Positions 29,786 to 42,439 of a DNA stretch of 64,000 nucleotides are shown in pieces. Source of the stretch: Phoronis australis (taxonomy: Eukaryota; Animalia; Phoronida). The stretch is from the NCBI GenBank assembly GCA_002633005.1, contig NMRA01000719.1:70612-134611 (forward strand). Reading direction: 5' to 3'. The notes beneath the pieces were generated by a model. The model did no database searches, was not told the DNA's origin, and saw only the letters and a list, made by a program, of their open reading frames with translations. The position numbers and the translations under genes are program-made. Positions within the stretch are counted from its first letter, which is position 1. Each line of letters starts with the position of its first letter.

Positions 29786-32691
29786 AGCACAAGAATTATT
29801 ACCACGTTCAATTTTTTGCAGCGACGTTAAATTGAACTTAAAGGTTTAGTGCATCATAGCAGTGGCGGATCTAGGATAACATAAGGGGGGAGGCAAACAT
29901 GTTGCCTCGGGGAATTGGGCAAAGCGCGATTGTATGCACAGGCGGCCCGAAAGTTGTGGGGGCCGAGGATGTGCACTTCCTGTTCAAAAGATCTATCGGT
30001 GGACTAAAAAAAAAACCGAACACGACTCCCGCTCATCCTTCACCGCTCTTACTTACTGGCCTCAACATTTCCTCACGCTTCACGTTGTTGCTGTTTCATT
30101 TTGCTAGCGGCAGCCAAGGGGGGGGGGGGGGNGGGGGGGGGGCTATGCATAGGATAATAAATTCAATAGGTTTTTGGATATCTTTATTTGGAACTTTGAA
30201 ACTTGTCTGAAATAAAAATCCTATTTCAGACAAGTTCCTCGAGTACCTTCGCACTGCGTCTTGTGTATAAAATATACGTGTAGCCTGCGTTGGAACACGA
30301 TGGGACAAAATATTACAAGATTTTCAAAAAGAGTACATTTCCTCGTTTTTAATTCGAAAATAATTACACTCAGGTAAGATATTAAATGGGCATAAGCCCA
30401 TCTATCGAAGTGGACGACACTTGCAGTCGATTTCATAAAGGTGCGTTAACAAAACCAGGTTTAGACTTAAACCTTGTCTTCCTTAACTTGGTCTAATTTT
30501 AGACCTAATTTGCATTTCACCAATGTGGTTTAAAAGTCTGAAAGCCTGGTTTTGTTAGCCCATAAAGCGGGTTTAGTAAAACCAGGTTCAAAGTATCCAA
30601 GCCACCCCGCTGTGTTTGTCCGGATTAACCCAACAAAGAAACTATTGAAGTACTTCGATGAAATCTTGAGTACGTGGGTACACAATGCACACAGCAGTAG
30701 AATCAGTGCAGACATTTGAGAAAAAGCCAATGTCATAGAGAACAAGAAAATTGGTGCCAAATCAAATCAACGTATGGCAGGCTTGGAGAGATATGAAGTC
30801 CAGGAACACAAATTCATCAGAGAAAAAATTGCCTAGAAAAACGGTGAGGGACCCAGTGGCAGATCTAAGATATCATGAGATATTTTTTCATTTTATTGTC
30901 TGTGTCCAACACACGTACACACATTAAAGTACTTGCGCACAATAAGCCGCAACATAGTAAATGCACACATTTATTTCCGTGTCATTTTACTTCTTTTTTG
31001 CGGCCAAAGGGGGGAGCAGGACCCATGACCGGCAACCTTAAATCGGGGACCAATTGAGATGGAACTCGGTCAGAAGAATCATTAGATACCTTTTTCAGTC
31101 ATAAGCGTAACGCTTGCGACGATGACGCTCCCCACTTTTTTCAGTGCTGCGCTGCCCATGTACTGGTAATTATAAACAATGGTTTCAGAGTTCCCAAAAA
31201 TAAACTCACAATTCAAATGACAATATATGCGTTGCTTTTTGACTAGGTACAAGATTTGTCATTTCAACTCACATACTGACCAAAAAGGAACTAAGTCATT
31301 AAATCAAAGTAAACGCATTGCTCATTTAATCGTTTGTTGGTTTCTGATTTGTGTATCTACCAAAGTCGACTGATTGATTGATTGATGATTTTTGACAATC
31401 ATAAGTTAATCTTGTAAGAAATGACGATGCTTCACTGAACTTAGTTGCAGGCTGACATTAAGAAAATTTGATCTATCATCAGATCCCTAAATAGCAAAGT
31501 ACACTAAACGATTTTTGTGCATATGAATCAAGTCTCAAGGATATTGATGAATGTCGGACAGCCCTACAAAGTGTCTCAAAATGTTCTCACAATTCAAATG
31601 ACAATTGTTTATTGATTTAGGAACTAGTGGTTTAAATTCACAAACAGTAGATCGAAAAAGAAGTTTAAGTCCTTAAATAAATGAAAAATTTGCTCATTAA
31701 CTTGGAAATGTTGTCTTTGCGCTTCCTTGATGTTTTTGTTTCCAGTAGTATCGCGTAACTTGAAAACTGAACCCTTTGCTTGCCATTTCCGTGCATATTA
31801 CACAGACGCAACCAAGGCGCTAAAAATAACCATTCATGCAGCGTAGGCCCGTGCAGAATCTCGGTGATCCACGAGAACTGAATTTGGGACTGCATTGCTT
31901 ACATTTTCAGTTTGGTACACACTCTGTATCATTTCCCCAGACACCAGAAACTCGACTGCCGGTCGTATTTCAAAAAGGGATTTTGAAACAGCCCCAAATG
32001 CACTGTTCCAGGGACCTCGGGACCTCATCTTTTCAAAAAATTTTTGCCAAGGAAGTATATAACATGAATTTTTCCTGAAACTGGATCATAGGTAAGAGCT
32101 AAGCTGTGTGTCTCAAGTGAATCATAGCTGAGCTGACCAGCGACTGGCTTTAGTTCATCGAATTTCGTATTTTCACTGTTAGATCTCACCTTCAGAGCTG
32201 TGAACTGTTCGAGCCCCCCCCCCCCGGGTGCGCGCATGCTACGAGACCATGGACTAGCCATTCAAAGTCATCGACAGCGCGGGAGCAGTAAAATTTTAGT
32301 GCGAAAATTTTAAAATGCAATTAAATAACACAATTACTGCTTAGCGCACATAATTGCCGAACTTTGTTAGGATCCTTCAAGTTTAGAGAGGCACTGACTC
32401 TTCGAAGAACCAGTTTTAAACAGGCATGTGCATAGAAATCGGATTATCCCAAAACATTTTGCTCGAAATCACTTTCATGAATGTTCAAACTTTTAGCTTT
32501 CGAACAGATGGACTTAGGGCTTGTATGGATCTTAGGATTTATGAATTTTTGTCGGACTTGAAAACCTTCTGACCCATAAAGTGTTGCTACGACATTTTGT
32601 GAGGCTGTGACAGAGGGTAGTGGACCTTAGGGCTAGTGACCTAGACCAGTTGAGAAAACAGGAACTTTAAACAAAATGAACTGTTTTTTAC

Positions 32692-32830
32692 TGTATGCGC
32701 CCACATGTACATGAGTGGGTGTACAACAGTACATATTGTCGTCATCCCAGGCCGCGGAACGTAGTCGTGGTCCGCTGCTGCACTTATCTCAGTTGTAAAC
32801 GCCTTACGAGATCTTAAATGATGTTTTTTT
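32692..32830 (-). mobile_element. Family A 3' end fragment, reverse orientation
   Basis: 'tatgcgcccacat...catattgtcgtcatc' is the reverse complement of the family A terminus. Confidence 0.5.
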
Positions 32831-33749
32831 TTCCTAATTTACATCGGTTTATTTACCTAACCTAATTTTTCGATTCAATTTAACTTACACTTCACAATAT
32901 AAAATACCTTGCAAGTTTTCAGTTGAGGTCAAACATGTCCTGTTCCTTCTCTGGGGTTAATTTCATTTAATCTTAATTGGTTTACTTTATTCAATGAGCT
33001 ATACCAGGAGTATAGCTCATTGCTTTATTTGAGCATCTTTGCAGTTCGTCAAACCACTGGACTTTGATTGACTTGTTTGTCATTAACGAGCCGGTCGTCA
33101 CGACCAGTGACAGTGGACCAATTATACCTGAGTCAAAAGGTATGGTGCCGTTCATCTGTGAGTATCCCGGAAGTTGTAGCTCCGAACATGTTTGTACTTG
33201 TACGAACTATCGAAATTTGACCTCAACACTTGTTTGATTTGGAAAAGCTAGGTTAAAAAAAAACAACTAGCCAGTGTCGGTGGGCCAGATCTCATAGCGT
33301 TCATCCTTGTGAGTACTTTGGGGGGGCAACCTAGTTTTTTCTATGTGGCTAGATAATATACCTATAAACCAAATTCCGAAAAGTTCAAGCACAGGTTCAC
33401 CAATACTGGAAAATGGAAGACTGCTATTTGTGTAATTGCACATCTTCCGTTTTTTGTGAGTTTCTTGTCTCTATGGACTGTTAGTGTATTGTTTTTGTTC
33501 AAATGATTCATTATGTTCTTGTTACTAATAGCTTAATAAAAAAAATTCTTTCACCATTTCTTTGCTTTCCGAGCCACCAGCTGTAAGAGAGTTGAGGCTA
33601 GCCTTGTTCCCTGAAGGTGACTAACTCTTTGACCATGCTCTACTGGTGACATATAATTGGCATTGAAAATAGACCCTGCTTATGTATGAGGCCATTTTTA
33701 ACAAACTAAAGGAAGGTGCATGACTGTTTACTTCGGCATTAGTTTCTTC

Positions 33750-34586
33750 CACCCCCGGGAGTGAATTTTGGCCAGTCTTAAATTGCTTCACAAGAGAACA
33801 TCATATTTACCAACAAGCCATCGGTCCAACGCAAGTGGCTGTGATAAACGGCATTATCACATTTTTGGGGGTCTGAAAGACTAAACCGGAGCTTGGTTCT
33901 GCGGCCCACTACAAGAAAACTGGGAGGAACACTTCAAGTTGTGCTGAAATTAATGGAGTGACGGACAAGCAGTTAACGTGTGGCACATTGTCCATCACTG
34001 AGGAGAGTAACACCAACCACACTACCAAACCCAACAGATGTCGCTCTGGTAGTAAAGGTACAGTGCCCTCTGTCGACGGGATCTTGCAACAACTGAGGAA
34101 CGGGTGGTCACGCTGCTGTGCGTGATCTTGGAATCTTGCTTATTATCAAGATCCTGTATGCGTTAACTTTGAATACAAGAGGAAACTTTACCAGTTCACT
34201 CCTCACATTGATAAGCATTTGAACTCCACTAAACCAAATTAAATATTAATAAAATAACGTAAATTTTAACCAATCTTTTTTCTACTATAAGTGGTGATCT
34301 TATTCACCAAACAATAATTGATTTAACCATTCACATATAAAGAATTATGACATATAGATGGCGCTTGCTATTCACCCTAGTCGCCATGTTCCTTTTGTCT
34401 CTAAGTCCATTGTTTAATTAGCGGTAAGATTACCACATCTGCAGCATTGTTAACCTATTATAATCACATGTCACTTATCAGCGACCTAGTATTTACCGCC
34501 TGTCTCTGTTCTTTCAGGTTACGATCATTCGTAGTTTGCTGTCATCAATAAACAGTAAAGAAATACCTGCGAGTTATTTTCTAACA
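33750..34586 (+). mobile_element. Possible highly degraded LTR retrotransposon (integrase remnant plus LTR-like segment)
   Basis: Peptides in shifting frames 'PGSEF...FTREHHI', 'ERLNRSL' and 'ENWEEH' resemble retroviral-type integrase motifs. A downstream segment has AATAAA (~34548) and ends in '...taaca'. Suggestive only. Confidence 0.3.
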
Positions 34587-35655
34587 TATTCCTCCGATTC
34601 TTTGACATAAGGTACGGTACAGGTGAAAATGGGTGATCATGAGGCCAACAATAATTACGTACAAATATTCTTTACAGTGAACAAAAATTTCACCCGATTG
34701 CCCTAATGACTTTTCAATTCCAAGCTCAAGCTCTTGAGATTAAGCAGGATTCTATAAATTCACCCACAGCAGTAAACACCGTTGATGGAGACAAACACCT
34801 ACAGAGGAAGCCACTGAAGTGAGTGAAGTCAGCAGGGAAGATGGCCATAAGGGGGCACACTGCAGTTATTACAGGGTTTTGGCTGCTGACGCACACCCAA
34901 GCCTTTCCTCACGTCCTTATGAAGAATCTGAAAAAAGAAAAGGTTTTGTAGCATTCTCAACTTACAAGCACTACTCATGATAACTGAAACTTAATTTCAC
35001 TACAGATATTTAATTGGTTAATCCACATCGGAAAAAAAGCCTGGCACACGAAAATACCAAAAAAACACCAAATTTGACGGTTTACTCCCCAAAATTACCA
35101 CTTCCCTGCAAGAGCTAAAAAAATTCTGACTACAGATTCGGAATGCTCGTAATCCCCAAATTTTAAAAATGTGGTCATAGTATGCCCCTTGCCAACTACT
35201 TTTTTGGCAATTTTGATCTGTTTGACAGCCACCTGAAATCGCACCCGGTCTCTCAGTATGCGACAGGGGTTGAAAGCAAATAAGAGCCGCCATTTTGCAT
35301 CAAAAGTAGGTCACGGCAAAAAAACGTGGCTTTTCTTGTTCAAAAGCCGGCACAAGCAAATTACTGAGTTTCCTATAAATTATTTTCAATGCATTCCACA
35401 AAACAGCCGCCAAACCTGACACACACACTTTCTAGGGACAGAAAATGCCTGTGATTGCAGCCTGACAGATCACGAGTCAAAAAACATGTCACCATGCCAA
35501 AGTCTTCTGGGTAAATGAAACGAATGCCAAAAATTGATGAGAGGCAGGAGAAATAACCACAAATCAAGTTTTTAACTGCCCAGATTTTGTACAAAATAGA
35601 TGTCAGTGACAAAACTGCTTGGGTAGTCCAGCCCAGACGAAGAAATACAAGAGGA

Positions 35656-36898
35656 TAATTATGGAAATGGCAAGTAAGCCAGCAGAAAAATTGGAAGCTT
35701 TTGTGCTATTAAACTTTGTCAATATTTCAGTCGAAAGGACATTTTTTGCTTTTTTTAAAGTAATGTCTTGATATATCAAGTAATTATGAGCGCACCAGTC
35801 AGAAAAACATTATAGAAATTATCTCAGTAACTAGAAGTTACGTGTGTTTTCTCAGGGACAATTTTTTGCGAGACTTAACTATTTGTGAGTTTTGAATAAT
35901 AATTTTCAGAAATTGTTGTGTAAAGCGTAAGACTGAACTACTGACTTAAGACTTAAAGTCAGTATGAAACAGAACTCAGAAAGCGAGGCCAGTTTTAGTT
36001 CATGGTTAATGATTCAACTCAATTCTTTCGCTATAAGGTTAGTATNAGCTCAAAATTTTAGTTTGCACCTAATGACCTTTGACCTATTTCACCTGATTGG
36101 ATGACCCGATTTCTTAGAAAAGTAATTTTTAAAATTGTCATGTTGACTTATACCTGTGCACCGAATTTGAAAAAGATAGATTTAAAACTGAAGGAGAAGT
36201 AGCATTTTGAAAATTATATGACCTTCGCACCAAACGACCTCTTCCGGTGCAATATGGAATATGATTATATAACCAATCAAAATTTATATACTGTCGAAAG
36301 TCATATGCTGAATTTAAAGGCCGTACCTGCACCCAATTTTGAGTTATTAAGCCTCAAAGTTGGTCGGAAGAAGAATAAGAAGAAGAATAAGAATAAGAAT
36401 AAAATTGAAGAAAACCCAGGAACAACAGTACTCTGCGCTTACACGCGCAGAGTAATAAAATTGAAGAAAACCCAGGAACAACAGTACTCTGCGCTTTCAC
36501 GCGCAGAGTAATTATGGAAATGGCAAGTAAGCCAGCAGAAAAATTGGAAGCTTTTGTGCTATTAAACTTTGTCAATATTTCAGTCGATAGGACATTTTTT
36601 GCTTTTTTTAAAGTAATGTCTTGATATATCAAGTAATTATGAGCGCACCAGTCAGAAAAACATTATAGAAATTATCTCAGTAACTAGAAGTTACGTGTGT
36701 TTTCTCAGGGACAATTTTTTGCGAGACTTAACTATTTGTGAGTTTTGAATAATAATTTTCAGAAATTGTTGTGTAAAGCGTAAGACTGAACTACTGACTT
36801 AAGACTTAAAGTCAGTATGAAACAGAACTCAGAAAGCAAGGCCAGTTTTAGTTCATGGTTAATGATTCAACTCAATTCTTTCGCTATAAGGTTAGTAT
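35656..36898. repeat. 390-bp near-identical direct duplication (35656-36045 and 36509-36898) across a single n at 36046; probable haplotype/assembly overlap
   Basis: The copies differ at very few positions, and the first ends exactly at the n. Confidence 0.9.
36047..36510 (+). mobile_element. Helentron/HINE-like element 3' part with (AAGAAT)n tract and duplicated terminal hairpin
   Basis: 'tgacctttgacct' motif, microsatellite at 36368-36402, and a 56-bp unit x2, each ending TACTCTGCGC-6nt-GCGCAGAGTA (36429-36454 and 36485-36510). Confidence 0.65.
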
Positions 36899-37924
36899 CT
36901 AGCAACATCAAATAGTTAGAAGGGGGTGTGACAAGCACGAGGTCATTAACCCTTCACAAATGCACACTGATTAATGGCTTGAGTCAGATCTTTGTTGTCA
37001 CACCTACTTTACGCAACGATCTTGAGGCAATTACAAGGTGAATGAACTCCACTGAAAAATAAAGACAAGCATATGAAGATTGCACTTAAAGAGCGACTTG
37101 CAAATTAGTCACTGTTTTTGAATCCAGTGAATGTAAAGTCACAAAAAATGTAATTGGTTCTGGCCTCTGATTTTTATTGAAGTCGGAGGTGTGGTATTTT
37201 TTCAGTCGGCTCACTTTTTCAAAAAAGAAAATTCACATGAGGCAAGCAGAAATGATCAGAATTTTTTACAAATCGCTTGGCAAATCCCGGTGCTTCAAAC
37301 CCTGCTTATGTGCCTTTGGTCAACTGTTCAAAGAAAAAACGGACGTTTTTGAGGTTATTTAGTCAGTGAGCACAGGTCTCACAATGGGTACTACGTAGTC
37401 ACTTTCCAGAGGAACCAGTTCTCCACTGATTAACATACATCACTCTAGTTCCCAAAATTGTGACTCCTCTAATAAACTATTGCCAGATGATGCTGCAAAG
37501 TGAAATTATTTCATAAGTAACTAGAACAATAATTTGGATTTTTAAAACGATTATATTTATACGTTGCTGTTACGTGCCCTGTCACCTATAATTAAATCCA
37601 GCTATTGTAAATTGCGCGTCATTGGTTGACGCAAAAACAAACCAGACAGAAGGAATGAGAAGCTTTTGGAAGTGTAATGCATCCCCGAGGTTTGGATGGA
37701 ACAACTCCAGTCATTGGAAGACTCCAACAAGTATGAAGACAATGAACACGTATGCCATCGCCAGCATTCAAGTGAAGGCACTTTGATACGTTATCAAGCA
37801 GCGTAGTTCTACAGTCAACCATTAACCCCTGATTACAGTGTTCTTGTAATGGGAGAACACATGGCAAATTGTTAGTGTACTTTAGAACTTGATCACGAAA
37901 CCTAATTTAGAGCACTACATAAAT

Positions 37925-38385
37925 TCCTTTCACGCCTTTTTCCTCAGAGTCAGTGAATTCAGTCACCTTCTCCTCTCTCACTTTCCACATCATACAGGCC
38001 AGTGACGTCGTCTTCGCGCCCTCGGGCTACTCGGTGGTCATCACTATGAGTACTATCAAGCACAGCTTGGGACCAGTCTCACTTACTATTTCTACCGTCC
38101 AATCTCCCCATTCCCCTGTAGCTTCCCTAAGTTTGTACTTTTCTACCGTTCATCCCATTCCAGGCCCCCTTTTCCAACACCTCAGTGGATCACTGGTTAC
38201 CTGTTCCTGCTCCAACTCCATGTTAATTATAGGAGTTTCCTTTGCAAGCCTCGATACCAAGTCTTACAAGTCACATAGCTTTTGCATCGGCACGGCCACA
38301 TCAGTGACCAGTTGTGGCATCCCTCAACTGGTGATCCAGCGCATGGGACGCTGGAAATCTGATGCACTAAAAACCTACATTTGCA
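37925..38385 (+). pseudogene. Degenerate tyrosine recombinase of a DIRS/Ngaro-type retroelement
   Basis: 'FHAFFLRVSEF' (37928-37960, first catalytic Arg), then a frameshift into 'YKSHSFCIGTAT...IQRMGRWKSDALKTYI'. The HSFR Arg is replaced by Cys; the GRW motif and catalytic Tyr are retained. Confidence 0.85.
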
Positions 38386-38951
38386 AAAAAGTGCACAGCT
38401 ATGTACATATTTCGTGCATCACATAATACATGAACTGGACAACATATGACAACAGACACTTACAGAGGTCGTGCATTAATATATGTCAAGTTATTCATCA
38501 GTGTGGAAATCTAGTTTTCAAAATACGGGCTACTGCAAGTGACCATAACCTAATTTAGTGTATCCACCTTAAATTTTTGTTGTCTGCGTGATGCGCCAAA
38601 TGTGAGCTTAATATTCCCAGTATGCCATTTATTTCTCTATTTGTTTTTTTTTACCGTTGAGCTACAACAAGGAGGCACACCCCTAGTCGAGTGAAAAAAC
38701 CAAGAAGTGCCGACTTCTCCTTAAAAGTTCGTTACAGTAGAATTGATTATTGACTGACCTGCAAACATGTAAAAAGTAAAAGTGAACTGAATATTAACAA
38801 TGATTTTATCTGATCATTTGCTTTCAAAAATTTTAAAAATTTCCATAAAAAGCCAGGATGAAAGGTTATTCTTGATTGGTGACCATGTTGTCCTCCTTGT
38901 GAAAAAATTATAGAGTTTGTTAAGGCATATGTTATAGCAAAAAAATTATAA

Positions 38952-39283
38952 TGTATACATGCACACACATATACATAAACATACATAATATATATACACA
39001 CACATATACATAAACATACATAATATACATACACACACATATACATAAACATACATAATATACATACACACACATATACATAAACATACATAATATACAT
39101 ACACACACATATACATAAACATACATAATATATATACACACACATATACATAAACATACATAATATATATACACACACATATACATAAACATACATAATA
39201 TATATACACACACATATACATAAACATACATAATACACATGCACACACATGTACATAAACATACATAATATATATACACACAC
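38952..39283. repeat. AC/AT-rich minisatellite, ~10 units of 32-34 bp
   Basis: Unit 'atacataaacatacataatata(ta/ca)tacacacacat'. Confidence 0.95.
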
Positions 39284-39434
39284 AGAATCAATATTGCATA
39301 AGCATGCTTTATTCATTTCCATACATGTGTTGAAGTCTACTTTCCTTACTAACGTACCTGAGTGTTTTAAGTATCCTTAAAACCATCCTCTCCCCTTCCT
39401 AATTCTCTACTGTATCGTTTATTGTTTGTTCAAG

Positions 39435-39600
39435 TTAAATCAAGCAAATATGAAAATCACCATCACTTTTCATAACCATTAAACTGTTTTGGATTTTGCT
39501 GCATCCCAAACACACAGTTGGTATCACAACACTTCCAAGTTGAATTAAAAGCCTAAAGGACATTGTGTATAAATGTAAACAGGAGGTTGGATGCCCTTTG
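39435..39600 (-). mobile_element. Possible Gypsy-type reverse transcriptase N-terminal remnant
   Basis: 'LIQLGSVVIPT...NSLMVMKSDGDFHICL' resembles the Gypsy RT start 'LGVI.PV..PT.W.S..VVV.K.DG..RICLD'. Confidence 0.35.
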
Positions 39601-42439
39601 TCATGCACGTGGCCTGCACTCACCACCTGAGATGAGTTCTATAGACATAGGAATCTTGGAAAGCAAGCGTGATCATGTGATTTGCTTGTTACACTTGGCA
39701 ATGTCTCGAAGTATATTGTGTGATATTAGTTTTTCCAAGTATATCGTGTCTAAGGACCGGGAACCTGATTAGGAGGACATTTCAGTCAGCATTTAGTTCC
39801 TCGTCAGTGAAGTCTCCTCATCTCCAACAAGTAAAAAGGCTGCGAAGTCTTTGAAAGGCAGTGCAATTAAACTCTACAAAATTCTAAGGAGTCTTGGCTT
39901 CCACGTCAAACTTTGGGAGAGTTTAAACATGCCATCTGGCCACTGGGAGTTTCAATTCTGAGATAAGTAGTTACCTGGATCACCTGTTGAACAGCAAGCC
40001 TATATGAGCAAGAGCTCCTTAGAACCCCGTGGTTCAATAGCGAATGAATTTTTGTTCGTTCATCGGCAGATGGATCTCTTCCTCCATGTGTGTACAGATA
40101 ATAAGAACACTCCGTCTTTCACCTTTGTCTTGCAACACCTGTTCAGGGCAGGGCTCTGGTACAAAACTGGATGCCCACTTGCTCCTTGCTTTGCAAGGCA
40201 TAGCTTTATTACCATCAATGTCAACAGGAGCTATGCAGACCCAGCTGGCAAGGACAGTTCTTTAGGTGATTAAGCTCCATTTATTCAAACCCAGGGGCAA
40301 TTGAACTTCGTTTTGAACTTTGTTAAAGCTTCAATAACACCCCAACTGTAGAGTCTTCCGAAGTCATTAATTAGACAATTAGGGAGTGAGTCTGTAATAA
40401 ACTTCAATTTCGTCATCATGCAGACTGCAACAAAGTTACTGATTTTGTCAACATAGATTGTGTAATAAAACTGGTAACTTAGTCAACAGTGGAGTACTCA
40501 GTAAAGTTTGTTAATTGTGGGGTTTACAAGAAAGTTATTAATTTAAGTTTATTTAATTGTGGAGTCTGCAAAAAGTTAATTCCCTCAACCGCTGAGTTCA
40601 CAATGAAGTAACTAAATTTTTCAAAATGTAGATTTTGTAACAATATTCAACTGAGGAGTCCACAATAACGCTCATTTTCAAGAGAAACCGATGTTTGGAC
40701 AAGCGAGGCAGAAGTGCTAGTGACTTCCAATCAAAACAAAAACGATCATCTTGGACAATATCTACGGTTTTGCAAGAGGTCATACGTAAGGTCAAAAGTT
40801 ATGAGCTGCCAAGACTGAAACACCTGTTTCACTGATTTCCATTACTGCACCTAAAAGGTTACAATCTGGGCCACCTGTGCTCCATGCCAAAATAGTTACC
40901 ACTCGTCTACATCAACCCAGGCATTGTAATAAATAACAGCCAGTACATAAATGAACCAGGCTGAAATCACAAGAATTAAGAACCAGGCTATGGGGAAAAT
41001 GACCAACATTATAAAGGCTGACATCTGGTCTGCGGGGGCACAGACTTTCAGAGGGGACTTTCAGAGCCAGACGGTAGGTAAGGTAAACATTTTTCCATTT
41101 GGAACAAAAACAGCTCAAATTACTGTCATTTCATTTTTGCAAAGGGTTGTTGCAGAGCATCTAAAGTAATATTGTTTTCTGGAACTGTTACTAGCATTAA
41201 CTAGCGCAAGGTAACAATGAAGCAGAACTTTCATAATATCAATTGATATTGGGGAAAAGGACAAAATAAAATTCCACATCTACGACAGCTATCGTCCTAA
41301 ATTAAAGAATTTTTATAATATACGTACTTGACATGCTGACAGTCACAACTTGCCAGTGTTATGGTAAAATATCAGGAATTTTGAAGTATATAAATTACAG
41401 GTCTTTGTGATCTGCTAACCACCACTGATGTTGCGTTAAGTAAAAGTAAAAATCACTGGTGAGGCCAAAAGAACCAGAGTTAGGTCTGGGCTGTGTTTTT
41501 TTTGAAAACAGTCAGTTGTGCAGTATTTTGTCTTGGAAAATCACAGTGTTTGGAAACTTGCTTACCTCTTGCTTACATGCTTTTGAAAAAACCAGACCTC
41601 CGCTGAAATTGATGTGAACCAGCATTTTTAAGTCAGTGAGCACAGCTAGACTAGAACCAAGTATTTTTGTCCTGGACTTGGGATTAATACATTTTCTGTA
41701 TCAATTACTGTTCCCCTGCTGTGTATTTACTATCTGCTAAACATCAGCAAGTGATGTAAAGGGTTGCAGACATCTGGCTTCAGCTTTCACTTCCGTTGAG
41801 GAAACGTGATGTCCTACTCTCTATTGAACACATGTATTTGCTCAATGCAAGGGAATGCAACACTAAAATGCAGAACCTTTATCAACGCCATATAGAACAC
41901 ATTGTATTATTCTATGGACAGTACATACTTCCCAAGCAGACTAACTAAAATGAAAAATGTCTTTAAAGATAACCAGGCATCTGTTATTTTTACTGAGGTA
42001 ACATCCACTACAAATGATCTTGCCTTTAATGTCTAATATTGATTGTGAACAGGACAAGAGTACAGATTTATATATATCAATACTTTGTGCCTCTTTGTTA
42101 CTGAAGTCTCCTCTATTTTCAGCCAAGAATCCAGTAAAAGAAAACCAAACCAGGTCTACTGTACATAACTGGAATGCCATTGAGTGCAGACCACAGGTTT
42201 AAAGGAAAATAAAGACACGTTTCTCACAGGAAAGTAAAATTTAAAACAGTCACTGTGCAGCATCAATAACATTAGCACAACAGCAATAAGTGCTCTGACA
42301 ACTTTGGTTGAGAGGTATTCCAGCGTTGAATTCCACAGGTGAGCAGACATAGACCATTATTTGAAAAGGAATCAATTCACTGATCATATCAGAGCTGTTT
42401 TAGACGGACAGCAGTCCCAGAAAGACAACGCCTGGAAAA

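Noticed and set aside
30118-30142. Poly-G run as a G-quadruplex element
   Set aside because: It contains an n and lies in a MITE remnant, so its length is unreliable.
38747-39322. Three overlapping Cys/Tyr/Val/Met-rich ORFs
   Set aside because: Translations of the AC/AT minisatellite.
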